Part shown: piece after piece, positions 50,802 to 59,132 of the stretch
Layout: the number at the start of each line of letters is the position of its first letter
How positions within the stretch are numbered: the first letter of the stretch is position 1
Assembly: GCA_044379175.1 (NCBI GenBank)
Contig: JBIPOM010000254.1
Location: 5,851 to 69,850, forward strand
Source of the DNA: Flavobacterium sp.
GTDB lineage: Bacteria; Bacteroidota; Bacteroidia; Flavobacteriales; Flavobacteriaceae
Reading direction: 5' to 3'
Length of the DNA stretch: 64,000 bases
Made by a program: the position numbers and the translations under genes
The notes under the pieces: model-generated
What the model was told of the DNA's origin: nothing
What the model saw: the letters and a program-made list of their open reading frames with translations, nothing else
The model's database searches: none

Positions 50802-52049
50802 TTAGGTTGTAGGTAAACCTAAATAGTCTTGTGTAAGAGCATAAGAACTATAGCATAACAGGTTTCCTGCTACAACTAAGCCAAGTGGATCTCTAGAAAA
50901 CATGTATACTGTTCTAGTTTCATTAACTGTTTCAACATTTTCTACTACCATTAAAGAGTCTTTTGTTACTAAGGTATCTCCAGGTTTAATTTCTCTTGAA
51001 GGAATAAACTTATACACATTTTTTTTAACTGTAAGAATATCTTCCATAGTTGAAAATCTCATGTCTGGATTATTATTAATAATAACTGTTTCTTCTACCA
51101 CACTTGGAACTATTTCTGTGACTGTTGACTCAATATCTCTATAATTAGTAAGTCCGCCCATACCCATCCACATAATAACTTCTGCAAAATGTCCTACTGG
51201 TAATTGATCAAATGTTTTTGTTATTAAGGTGTCTCCAACTTTAATATCTTTTGCTTTTTTATTTCCAGTTTTTGTAAGAACTGGTGCATCTTCATCTATA
51301 CAGAAGTATGTTGGTGAGAAACCAAAAACTCTAAATGGTGAGAAACCAAACACTCTAAATGGGGAGAAACCAAACACGTTAAAAGGTGAGAAACCAAATA
51401 CTGAGAAAGGTGAGAAACCAAACACACCAAAAGGTACGAAAGAAAATGTAGTTGTTACTGAATTTGATAGTGCAGAAAATTCTGAGTTTCCGTTAGCATT
51501 AGTTGCCCGAACTTTGTACTGTTGTGCTGTTCCTGCTTCTTGTCCTAGTGATGCACTGGTTCCTGTTCCAGTATTTCCATTTTTACCGTCGGTTGATTCC
51601 CAGTAATAATTTGTAATTGCTGATCCACCGTTTGCTGGTGCACTCCATGAAATTACATCTTGATTAGCGTTTGGTGATGATGCACTTGGTGCTGCAGGTG
51701 TTGCAGGTACTGTTGTAACAGTTACTGAACTTGATGCTGCTGAAGCAATCGAGTTACCTGATGCATTAGTTGCAACAACTGTAAAAGTATAACTTGTATC
51801 TGATGATAATCCTGTAACCCGCAACGGAGAAGTTGCACCTGTTGCTGTAAGAGATCCAGGACTTGAAGTCACTGTAAAACCTGTTGCTGCTGGAGAATTT
51901 GCTGGTAGTGTAAATGCTACATCAACTGCACCATTATTAAAAGCCCGACCTGTACCAACGTTAGTTGCTGAAGTAATTGTTGGTTGTTGTGGTTCTAAAA
52001 AGTCATTAGCCTGTTGTGACTTTTTACCTGCTCTTTTACCTATTGCCAT
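50802..52049 (-). CDS. FN3-domain protein with (FxVFGFSP)5 repeats and a C-terminal Hint domain
   Basis: Two FN3-like repeats (VTGLSSDTSYTFTVVATN; WSAPANGGSAITNY...YKVRATN), then the repeats, then CIDEDAPVLTKTG..KAKDIKVGD (Hint block A) ... VYMF...VVAGNLLCYS. Confidence 0.8.
   Translation of the reverse strand: MAIGKRAGKKSQQANDFLEPQQPTITSATNVGTGRAFNNGAVDVAFTLPANSPAATGFTVTSSPGSLTATGATSPLRVTGLSSDTSYTFTVVATNASGNSIASAASSSVTVTTVPATPAAPSASSPNANQDVISWSAPANGGSAITNYYWESTDGKNGNTGTGTSASLGQEAGTAQQYKVRATNANGNSEFSALSNSVTTTFSFVPFGVFGFSPFSVFGFSPFNVFGFSPFRVFGFSPFRVFGFSPTYFCIDEDAPVLTKTGNKKAKDIKVGDTLITKTFDQLPVGHFAEVIMWMGMGGLTNYRDIESTVTEIVPSVVEETVIINNNPDMRFSTMEDILTVKKNVYKFIPSREIKPGDTLVTKDSLMVVENVETVNETRTVYMFSRDPLGLVVAGNLLCYSSYALTQDYLGLPTT
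51312..51431 (-). repeat. Five 24-nt tandem repeats encoding FxVFGFSP (x=G,S,N,R,R)
   Basis: Read directly; synonymous codon variation between units. Confidence 0.95.
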
Positions 52050-52080
52050 GTTCTCTCCCTAGTCTTATTATATCAAACCG

Positions 52081-53913
52081 TTAGGCACTTAAATCGCCGT
52101 ATACGACCCAGGTGTTAGTTGCTCTCTTAAACAGAGTGCATGATGACCACCGTGTGCGTAATTTAAGACCTGGTGTAGCATCTACTGTTACCCCTGCGTC
52201 TCCTGCAATTGTTACTTGACCTACACCAGTTTGAAGAATATCAATTGATGTTCCAACTGGGAAGGCTACTGCTGAGTTAAGAGGAATAGTTAGTGTTGTT
52301 GCATAAGCATTGTTCATTTCTATCAAGTTGTCTCTTTCAGCCAATGCTGACAAAGTATAACTTTCTGTTTTTTGAACAATAGGTGTCCGTGAAGGTACAC
52401 CTTCTAATCTTTGTGTACCGTCTGCAAATACGATTCCGTTTGCAGTGATATCTGATGTTGCAGTGATTGAGTTTGCCTCAAGTGTCAAAAGTGCCAAGAC
52501 ATCTAGTGAACCTTGTCCAAAGTTAACTGTTGTTCCAGGTTCTGATGTAACACCATCAAACAATTTCCATTTGCTATCTGTAACGTCTTTGACGATACCA
52601 GCATGTTTTTGTGTTCCATCATTATAAGAAACCACCAAACCTAGATCTGTTACGTTGTTAGCATTTGTGTGACCAAGTTGTAGTAAAGTATCTTCGATTT
52701 GAATTTGTGTTGCAGATACAAGAACGTTAGATCCACTTACAGTGAAATCTCCGTCTACTGTTAAATTACCAGTTGTTGAAACGTTACCAGTAAAGGCTGC
52801 TCCTGAAAGGGATGCTAGATTTCCTAGTGTTGTTACAAGGTTTGTGATTTTATCTTGATTGATTGTTCCTGATATAGAGTTATTTGTAACAGAGTTATCA
52901 AGTGGTGTTCTTGCATCAGAAAGTCTTGCATCATCTGTAAGAACTACTGCCAAGGTATTTGTGATACCGTGTACGTTTGATGTATCAGATTCATGATTTT
53001 CTAACTGTGTGAGAGTAACTAGTGTTGCTGTATTTGATATACCGTGCACATTTAATGTTTCTAGATTATGATCTGAAATTGCATTATCTGTGTATTCTTC
53101 TAAATCTGTAATTGCGTTTGCTATTGTGTTTCCTAATATAAACGATTCTGCTTCAATTGCTGTATCTCTATCTAATATTTCTTGATCTACTAAACCATTT
53201 GCATAATCTTCTGCTGCTGATTGAGCATTTCCAATTTCATATTGTAAAGATTGAACTGCGTTTGCAAGATTATTTGCAGTATTGTTTGCTAATAATTCTA
53301 TTTGTTCTGTAACGTCTGCTGATAAATTGCTTATGCTGTTATCTGTATATTCGTTAGCAGCATCTAAAGCGTTATTTATGTTATTGGCAACGGTGAAGAA
53401 ATAAGTTTGATCATCATTAATTGCATTAGCAATTTCTTGTAAAGTATTTAATGCTTCTGGTGCTGTTCCTACAAGGGTTGCAATTGCGTTTGAAATTGAG
53501 TTACTTACATCTGAAGATCTAGCAATGCTGTTTGAAATTTGTGTTAAAGGAATTAAGTTGCTTCCGTCAAGTGTAGCAACACCGTTTGCTGCACCTTTTT
53601 GTGTTAATGCAACGTAATCTGCAGTTCTAGCAATACCACTAGGTATCTGTGCTGTAGGTATTAAATTGCTTCCATCTAATGTGGCAACACCGTTTGCTGC
53701 ACCTTTTTGTTCTAATAAAATGTAATCGTCTAGGTTTCCGCCTAGATCTTCTATATTTTTAAAGTATGGCAAATCATCCCATGCTGTAGAGTTGTCACCT
53801 ATTTTAAATTGTCCTGTGTCGGTTTCAAAACCAATTTCTCCAGAACCCAGAGTAGGGTTAGCGTTAGCCCACTGTGTAGCAGTTCCTCTACGTTGTAGCA
53901 TCCTTGTTGCCAT
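52081..53913 (-). CDS. Tail fibre / virion protein (Mtd-N-like N-terminus)
   Basis: QRRGTATQW..NPTLGSGEIGFETDTGQFKIGD; duplicated QKGAANGVATLDGSNLIP; APEALNTLQEIA; C-terminal FPVGTSIDILQ...WVVYGDL. Confidence 0.75.
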   Translation of the reverse strand: MATRMLQRRGTATQWANANPTLGSGEIGFETDTGQFKIGDNSTAWDDLPYFKNIEDLGGNLDDYILLEQKGAANGVATLDGSNLIPTAQIPSGIARTADYVALTQKGAANGVATLDGSNLIPLTQISNSIARSSDVSNSISNAIATLVGTAPEALNTLQEIANAINDDQTYFFTVANNINNALDAANEYTDNSISNLSADVTEQIELLANNTANNLANAVQSLQYEIGNAQSAAEDYANGLVDQEILDRDTAIEAESFILGNTIANAITDLEEYTDNAISDHNLETLNVHGISNTATLVTLTQLENHESDTSNVHGITNTLAVVLTDDARLSDARTPLDNSVTNNSISGTINQDKITNLVTTLGNLASLSGAAFTGNVSTTGNLTVDGDFTVSGSNVLVSATQIQIEDTLLQLGHTNANNVTDLGLVVSYNDGTQKHAGIVKDVTDSKWKLFDGVTSEPGTTVNFGQGSLDVLALLTLEANSITATSDITANGIVFADGTQRLEGVPSRTPIVQKTESYTLSALAERDNLIEMNNAYATTLTIPLNSAVAFPVGTSIDILQTGVGQVTIAGDAGVTVDATPGLKLRTRWSSCTLFKRATNTWVVYGDLSA

Positions 53914-53983
53914 TGTATCTCCCTGTGTAGGTCTTACCTACTTTTGATTTTGTTTTAATTATAACAGTTTTTTTTAAAATGTT

Positions 53984-54436
53984 TTAATTAAATTCACTGT
54001 CTGGATTTCCACCATCAAATACTGCTGCCCATGAATTTGAAAATGGTGTTCCACCACTTAATGTAGAAATTTGTGGATCATCATATTGTTCAGCATCCCA
54101 GAATACTGTAACAATTCTTCCGTTACCATCAATTGCTGTATCATGAATGTGATCTGGAATATTTTGTACATCATTGCTTGTTGCAATTGTAAACCAGTCA
54201 GTTTCATAATAAACTTTTAATCTTTCTACTGTGGTATCAAACCACATATCCCCATTGTCTGGGGAAAGAGGGGCAGTATTTGATACTGGTGTACCAGTTA
54301 CAGAATCTACGTAATCTTTAGTAGTAGCGTGAGTTCCTAATGTAGGTTCTCCTACTGCTACCGCGTTTCCAAATGAACCGCCGTTAGTTACGACTAATCC
54401 ATTCTTGACTTTAAAATCTTTTAGACTTGTAGTCAT
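53984..54436 (-). CDS. Virion structural protein
   Basis: KDFKVKNGLVV, HATTKDYVD and GDMWFDT fibre-type motifs. Confidence 0.6.
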   Translation of the reverse strand: MTTSLKDFKVKNGLVVTNGGSFGNAVAVGEPTLGTHATTKDYVDSVTGTPVSNTAPLSPDNGDMWFDTTVERLKVYYETDWFTIATSNDVQNIPDHIHDTAIDGNGRIVTVFWDAEQYDDPQISTLSGGTPFSNSWAAVFDGGNPDSEFN

Positions 54437-54458
54437 TTACTGCCCCCTAATTTTTTTA

Positions 54459-55991
54459 CTAGACTAACAATGTACCAACAACTGTTACATCTGAGTTGTT
54501 ATTGGCTGTTGCTACTCTTAGTCTTACATCTGTTCCGTTTACGTCTGCAGAAATTGTGGATGCGGATCCGTTTGTTCCTACAATTGCGTATTCTGTGATT
54601 GCGATGTTGTTTGAAGTATCAAGAGTTAAGATAACTTTTGAAACTTCTGTGTGTGCACCGTAAGCAACTTTTACCAAGAATTCGGCTGAGCGATATTCTG
54701 CTAATGCCCAGTCAATTGCTGTAACTGTGCTTGCTGTTGGAGCATTTACTGTTGCTGCAACTTGTCTAGCAACTGTGTTAATATCAATTTCAGTGAAATT
54801 AGGTATTACTGCTTCAAGAGCATCTACTGCACGTTGATCTGTGAAGTAAAGGTTTGTTGAACCTTCAACCAAAGCATCTGTGTTAGAATCTCCTACACCA
54901 TTTTCTGCTGTAATTACCAATCCAGATGAGTTACCTGTGATTGAGATATTTGTTAGAGTTGCCATTGTTAACAAACTTGCTGCTGACTCTTTAGCCCTTG
55001 TATCTGTGAAGTATTCGTTTGTTCCTTCTTCGATATCAGTTGTTGACAAAAGATTAATTGCATTGTCTGTGTAAGAATTTGCATTTGCTAAAGCATTTCC
55101 TGCTGCAAAATCTGCATAGTCTTCTAGGTCTGCATATGCATTTCCTATTTCTAGATCAATATAAGTAACTGCATTTGAATAAGCAGTATCTGCTGATCCT
55201 GAAACATCATAACTTCCAGTAAAGTTAATTGTGTTTCCTGTAATCTCAATGTCAGTTCCTGCAATCAAAGCATTTTGTTTTTCTGCAACTAAGTTGGTTA
55301 TTGTTCCAACAAAGTTTGCATCGTCACCAATTGCTTCTGCGATTTCGTTAAGTGTATCTAATAACGCTGGTGCATTGTTTGTTAAATCAGCAATTGCATT
55401 ACCTACTGCAAAGTCTGCATAATCTTCTAAGTCAGCCACTGCATTGCCTACTGCAAAGTCAGTGTATTCTTCTAAGTCAGAGACTGCATTAGAAATTGCG
55501 TTGTCAGTGTATGAGTTTGCATTTGCTAAAGCATTTCCTGCTGCAAAATCTGCATAGTCTTCTAAGTCAGCAATTGCATTACCTACTTCTAGGTCTGTGT
55601 AAGCAGTTGCATTTGAATAAGCATTTGCTGCTGAGCCTATAGCATCATAGGATGCTGCAGTTGCATCTGTTGCTCTTTGGTTTGTAAAGTAAAGGTTTGT
55701 TGTACCTTCTGCTACATCATCAGAATCATGATTAGAAATGTCTGATACTTGACCAGTTACATCTCCAACTAAGTCTGCTGTGATTGTATTTGCAAGAAAG
55801 TTTGCATTTGCATCACGAAGTACTAGTGTGTTTGCTACTGCGTTTGATGAAGCGTCTCCACCAACCAGGTCTATAATGTAGTTTTGATCATCTGTACTTT
55901 TTGTCAAGATGTCAAAGTTGTTAATTGTACCTGTTGTTCCTTCAACGACTAAACCATGTTTAATCTTGAAATTTTTTGTTACTGTTGCCAT
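54459..55991 (-). CDS. Tail-fibre-like protein with internal repeats
   Basis: Repeated EGTTNLYFT motif; LEDYADFAAGNALANANSYTDNAI occurs twice; LDTLNEIAEAIGDD. Confidence 0.7.
   Translation of the reverse strand: MATVTKNFKIKHGLVVEGTTGTINNFDILTKSTDDQNYIIDLVGGDASSNAVANTLVLRDANANFLANTITADLVGDVTGQVSDISNHDSDDVAEGTTNLYFTNQRATDATAASYDAIGSAANAYSNATAYTDLEVGNAIADLEDYADFAAGNALANANSYTDNAISNAVSDLEEYTDFAVGNAVADLEDYADFAVGNAIADLTNNAPALLDTLNEIAEAIGDDANFVGTITNLVAEKQNALIAGTDIEITGNTINFTGSYDVSGSADTAYSNAVTYIDLEIGNAYADLEDYADFAAGNALANANSYTDNAINLLSTTDIEEGTNEYFTDTRAKESAASLLTMATLTNISITGNSSGLVITAENGVGDSNTDALVEGSTNLYFTDQRAVDALEAVIPNFTEIDINTVARQVAATVNAPTASTVTAIDWALAEYRSAEFLVKVAYGAHTEVSKVILTLDTSNNIAITEYAIVGTNGSASTISADVNGTDVRLRVATANNNSDVTVVGTLLV
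55081..55565. repeat. Internal direct repeat (~46 nt near-identical at ~55081 and ~55519) within the fibre gene
   Basis: gcatttgctaaagcatttcctgctgcaaaatctgcatagtcttcta occurs twice, with shorter degenerate copies between. Confidence 0.8.
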
Positions 55992-56002
55992 TTTTTATCT
56001 CC

Positions 56003-56449
56003 TTATGCCTTAAGTCCCATGCGTGCGTAACGCACAGTGACTGGCTTTATTACTGGGTCTGGAGTGATTGTTAAAGCCACTGTATTTCCAGCCCTTGAGA
56101 CGCTTATGGTTCCAATATTCCCATCGTTGTCTATTGTCCCATATTCGGAAACGGAACTATCTTCCGTGTCATTTAATATGGTCAATTCTGTTGCGTAGAA
56201 GAGGTTATCTCCTGCTGTTGTTTTAGAGATGGAAATGATATACTTAACCATTCTCCATTCTGTTGCATTATGACTATCTAATATTGTAGTGTTTTCAATT
56301 TCAGAAATAGTGTTGTCGTTATTACCGAAGGTGCCAAGGCGTGTTGCTTGGGACGCGGTAGTGTCAATTAAATCTTCATAGTCTTGCTGAGATGGCCTAT
56401 CGCCAGTCTCATAACGTGATTTTACTGTTGAAATTGATTGTTGTGCCAT
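56003..56449 (-). CDS. Virion structural protein
   Basis: ETGDRPSQQDYEDLIDT; C-terminal domain (WRMVKY...SEYG) resembles the C-terminus of 54459..55991. Confidence 0.6.
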   Translation of the reverse strand: MAQQSISTVKSRYETGDRPSQQDYEDLIDTTASQATRLGTFGNNDNTISEIENTTILDSHNATEWRMVKYIISISKTTAGDNLFYATELTILNDTEDSSVSEYGTIDNDGNIGTISVSRAGNTVALTITPDPVIKPVTVRYARMGLKA

Positions 56450-56487
56450 GCCTAAATTATAACATTATTTTTATAACTTTTTATAAA

Positions 56488-57219
56488 TTAAACGAATATG
56501 TAGGTTCCTACGTGCACTACTTTAACATGTGGTGCTACATACACAGAACCACCAAGTTTACGCCATAGTGTACAGAAGTAGTAGTCTTCTGACAAAAGTC
56601 TTTCTTCTTCTGGGTCTACCTGTGTTTTCCAAAAATCATAAATGTATTCACCTTTTTTAATACCACCCAAATCTAGTTGATCACTTTTATATTTTCCAAC
56701 ATGCTCTTTCATTGTTTCAAAAACATTACGTTTAATTAACAGCAAACCAGTTCCTATGTTTTTTACCTCTAATGGTTTTTTAGGATTATCTGCTACCTTA
56801 TGCAAGTCTTGTCTATCAACAAAGTTTATGTTTACATAAGATCCAAACCTTTTTAAATCAGGTTTTTTTAATTCTGCTGCTTTTTCTACGTTAGCCCAGT
56901 TAATTGCTTTCATTGGCACGGCAGCCCCAATAATATCTAAATCTGTATCAATCATATCTATAACACCATCAGCGTTAAAACCTTCGTCACCATCAATAAA
57001 CAATAGGTAGTCAGCATCAGATCTTAAGAATAGTTCTGTAAGGGTGTTTCTGGCTCTGTTAATTAAAGATTCGTTGTACAAGTCGTTAAAGGTTACTTTG
57101 TATCCTTTGTAGGTTAGTTTCATTACTAGTCCCATAATACTTTTCATAAAGTATCCATGACAAACCCCACCGTACATTGGGGTTGCTATAAATATGCTAG
57201 GTTTTTCTTTTTTAGCCAT
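56488..57219 (-). CDS. Glycosyltransferase (GT-A fold)
   Basis: IATPMYGG, ESLINRARN, LLFIDGD (DxD), GTGLLLIKR, LSEDYYFC..WR..GG and HVG. Confidence 0.8.
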   Translation of the reverse strand: MAKKEKPSIFIATPMYGGVCHGYFMKSIMGLVMKLTYKGYKVTFNDLYNESLINRARNTLTELFLRSDADYLLFIDGDEGFNADGVIDMIDTDLDIIGAAVPMKAINWANVEKAAELKKPDLKRFGSYVNINFVDRQDLHKVADNPKKPLEVKNIGTGLLLIKRNVFETMKEHVGKYKSDQLDLGGIKKGEYIYDFWKTQVDPEEERLLSEDYYFCTLWRKLGGSVYVAPHVKVVHVGTYIFV

Positions 57220-57228
57220 ATGTCTATT

Positions 57229-57453
57229 CTACAGTATATAGTTGCTATAGCCAATAACCTGTAAAGGAATTGGGGGCACATTACCTGGACCATACCCTTC
57301 TACTGTTATTGTTGTAAATCTTATTCTAAAAGGTAAGGTGTAATTTATTTCTACCGTGCTAGGTTTGTAGGATATTTTGGTTTGGTAATAGTCTGAGGTT
57401 TCAATACGTCTTAATTTTTGTTTATTGTCATCAACAATAATTGCTGTTGCCAT
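57229..57453 (-). CDS. Hypothetical virion-associated protein
   Basis: 74-aa coupled ORF. Confidence 0.5.
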   Translation of the reverse strand: MATAIIVDDNKQKLRRIETSDYYQTKISYKPSTVEINYTLPFRIRFTTITVEGYGPGNVPPIPLQVIGYSNYIL

Positions 57454-57860
57454 TAGTCAGTTACATCTTCAAGGATAATTAGACTGCCTTGTGCAACTGT
57501 CCAAACAATTTCTGATGTAGATAACTCGATATCAAAAATATCTCCTGTTTGAAGATTGTGTGATTCTTCTGCTGCAAGTTTAACTGTAAACTCTCCAGCC
57601 AAATCATCTGCATCTGCTGCTGGAGTCAAAAGCATAACTGTATTTGCATTATCTGTAATAACTCCAAGATCTTTAGCAAGGTTTGGTCTTTTAATTTTCA
57701 TAGCAATGTTCCAATCTGCTATAACTAAAGGGGACTGTTCATCGTCTGTCACATAAACTTTAAATGCTGAGGTGTCACCACGAACTACTGTCCATTTAAC
57801 GGTTGGGGGTTTAGCACCTACGTTGTATAAATCTTGAGATGAGTTTCTGAGAATGGCCAT
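57453..57860 (-). CDS. BppU-like (baseplate upper N-terminal-like) protein
   Basis: VRGDT...FDIEL...TVAQGSL..EDVT. Confidence 0.55.
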   Translation of the reverse strand: MAILRNSSQDLYNVGAKPPTVKWTVVRGDTSAFKVYVTDDEQSPLVIADWNIAMKIKRPNLAKDLGVITDNANTVMLLTPAADADDLAGEFTVKLAAEESHNLQTGDIFDIELSTSEIVWTVAQGSLIILEDVTD

Positions 57861-57890
57861 ATTGTAATTATATCATGTTTGGATAAATAA

Positions 57891-58418
57891 TTATGAAAGA
57901 CCGTTCTTTAATGCTCCCCAAGTACCGTTACCTTTGGCGGTAACTACAAGAACTCCATTAGATGCATCTGCGTAAGCACAAACTGCTACAGCACCTGCAC
58001 CACCTACTGGTCTAACGTTTGTTAATCCTCCACCAGTCTTTACGTATAAAATATCACCTGCAACAAATTCAGATGTATTAACATCTGGTAATACTCCAGA
58101 GACTACACATATTCCTTGTGCATTATTTGCTGTTGTAGATTTTAATAATCCTAATATTGGTGATGTTGTTGTAGGAATTGCTTTTCCTACTGTTGTTAAA
58201 TCTTGTCCTGAATTATGACCATTAATAAATACAGGAGATCCTGCTGCAATTGATGCTCCAGATGTATTAATTACATCTAATTTCATGTAAGATAAGCCAA
58301 GTCCAGCGAGTGTATTATCTAGTGAAGTTGCTAAAGATTGAATATCTCCATGTACGTTTACGCTATCATCAACTTGTGGGTATGGTAAGTTATATATGCT
58401 TGATTGACCTGTTGCCAT
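57891..58418 (-). CDS. Virion structural protein
   Basis: YNLPYP...DIQSLA; GDILYV..GGLTNVRP; decoration/fibre-like. Confidence 0.55.
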   Translation of the reverse strand: MATGQSSIYNLPYPQVDDSVNVHGDIQSLATSLDNTLAGLGLSYMKLDVINTSGASIAAGSPVFINGHNSGQDLTTVGKAIPTTTSPILGLLKSTTANNAQGICVVSGVLPDVNTSEFVAGDILYVKTGGGLTNVRPVGGAGAVAVCAYADASNGVLVVTAKGNGTWGALKNGLS

Positions 58419-58479
58419 ACAAATATTATATCATTTTAAATAATTTTTTGTATTATCTTACTAATATGACATTTTTGAT

Positions 58480-58508
58480 TTGACTTGCTGGCAAATAGAT
58501 GTTATACT
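58480..58508 (+). promoter_or_regulatory. Consensus sigma70/SigA promoter for the transglycosylase
   Basis: TTGACT, 17-nt spacer, TATACT with TGn extension. Confidence 0.75.
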
Positions 58509-58556
58509 TGATATATGACACCTACCAAGGGTGTCATGTTTTCTTAGGAGAGAACT

Positions 58557-59132
58557 ATGAAAAAAGATAAAAAATTTTTAATAGGATTGCTCGCAAGTCT
58601 TGGATTGTCTTCAGTATTCTTGAATATTTCTAATGCTCAAGGTGTTGAAACTAACCTGAAAAACGATAAATATGCAACATTTACCGCTGAGGCGGTTTTT
58701 TTGCTTTCTAGGCCAGATCATCTAGATAAACCATCTAGAGACAATGTAAGAATTCTTGCTGAATATCAGGATAAAGGACAACTTACTGATATTGAACTAA
58801 AAACTTTGCTGTCTGCTTGTGGTTTTGAAAATAAACACCTGGTAGAGGCTTGGGCTATTGCTAAAAAAGAATCAATGGGCAACGCCTTGGCTTTTAACGG
58901 CAACAGAAGCACTGGAGACAAATCATACGGACTATTTCAAATAAATATGATTGGTGACCTTAATGCTGATAGAAAAGAAAAATATAACTTAGACTACACT
59001 AGTCAACTTTTAAACCCATCAATTAACTGTCAAGTTGCTTATATTATGAGTGATGGTGGAAATAATTGGGGACCTTGGAAAGGCATAACTTCAAAAACTA
59101 GAGAATTTATGTATCAGTTTCCTAAAGATTAA
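58557..59132 (+). CDS. Secreted lytic transglycosylase (SLT/lysozyme-like)
   Basis: Signal peptide MKKDKKFLIGLLASLGL...SNA; AWAIAKKES (catalytic Glu), SYGLFQIN, LLNPSIN and WGPW; AGGAG RBS. Confidence 0.85.
   Translation: MKKDKKFLIGLLASLGLSSVFLNISNAQGVETNLKNDKYATFTAEAVFLLSRPDHLDKPSRDNVRILAEYQDKGQLTDIELKTLLSACGFENKHLVEAWAIAKKESMGNALAFNGNRSTGDKSYGLFQINMIGDLNADRKEKYNLDYTSQLLNPSINCQVAYIMSDGGNNWGPWKGITSKTREFMYQFPKD

Noticed and set aside
51312-51431. 24-nt repeats as a CRISPR array or a DGR template/variable pair with 59639..59758
   Set aside because: There are no spacers. The repeats are in-frame coding with synonymous variation, the differences are not adenine-specific, and no reverse transcriptase is present in the window.
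53927-53941. Small hairpin GTAGGT-CTT-ACCTAC in the fibre-gene leader as a riboswitch
   Set aside because: Only a 6-bp stem, and the leader is too short for a known aptamer; at most a local translational or stability element.
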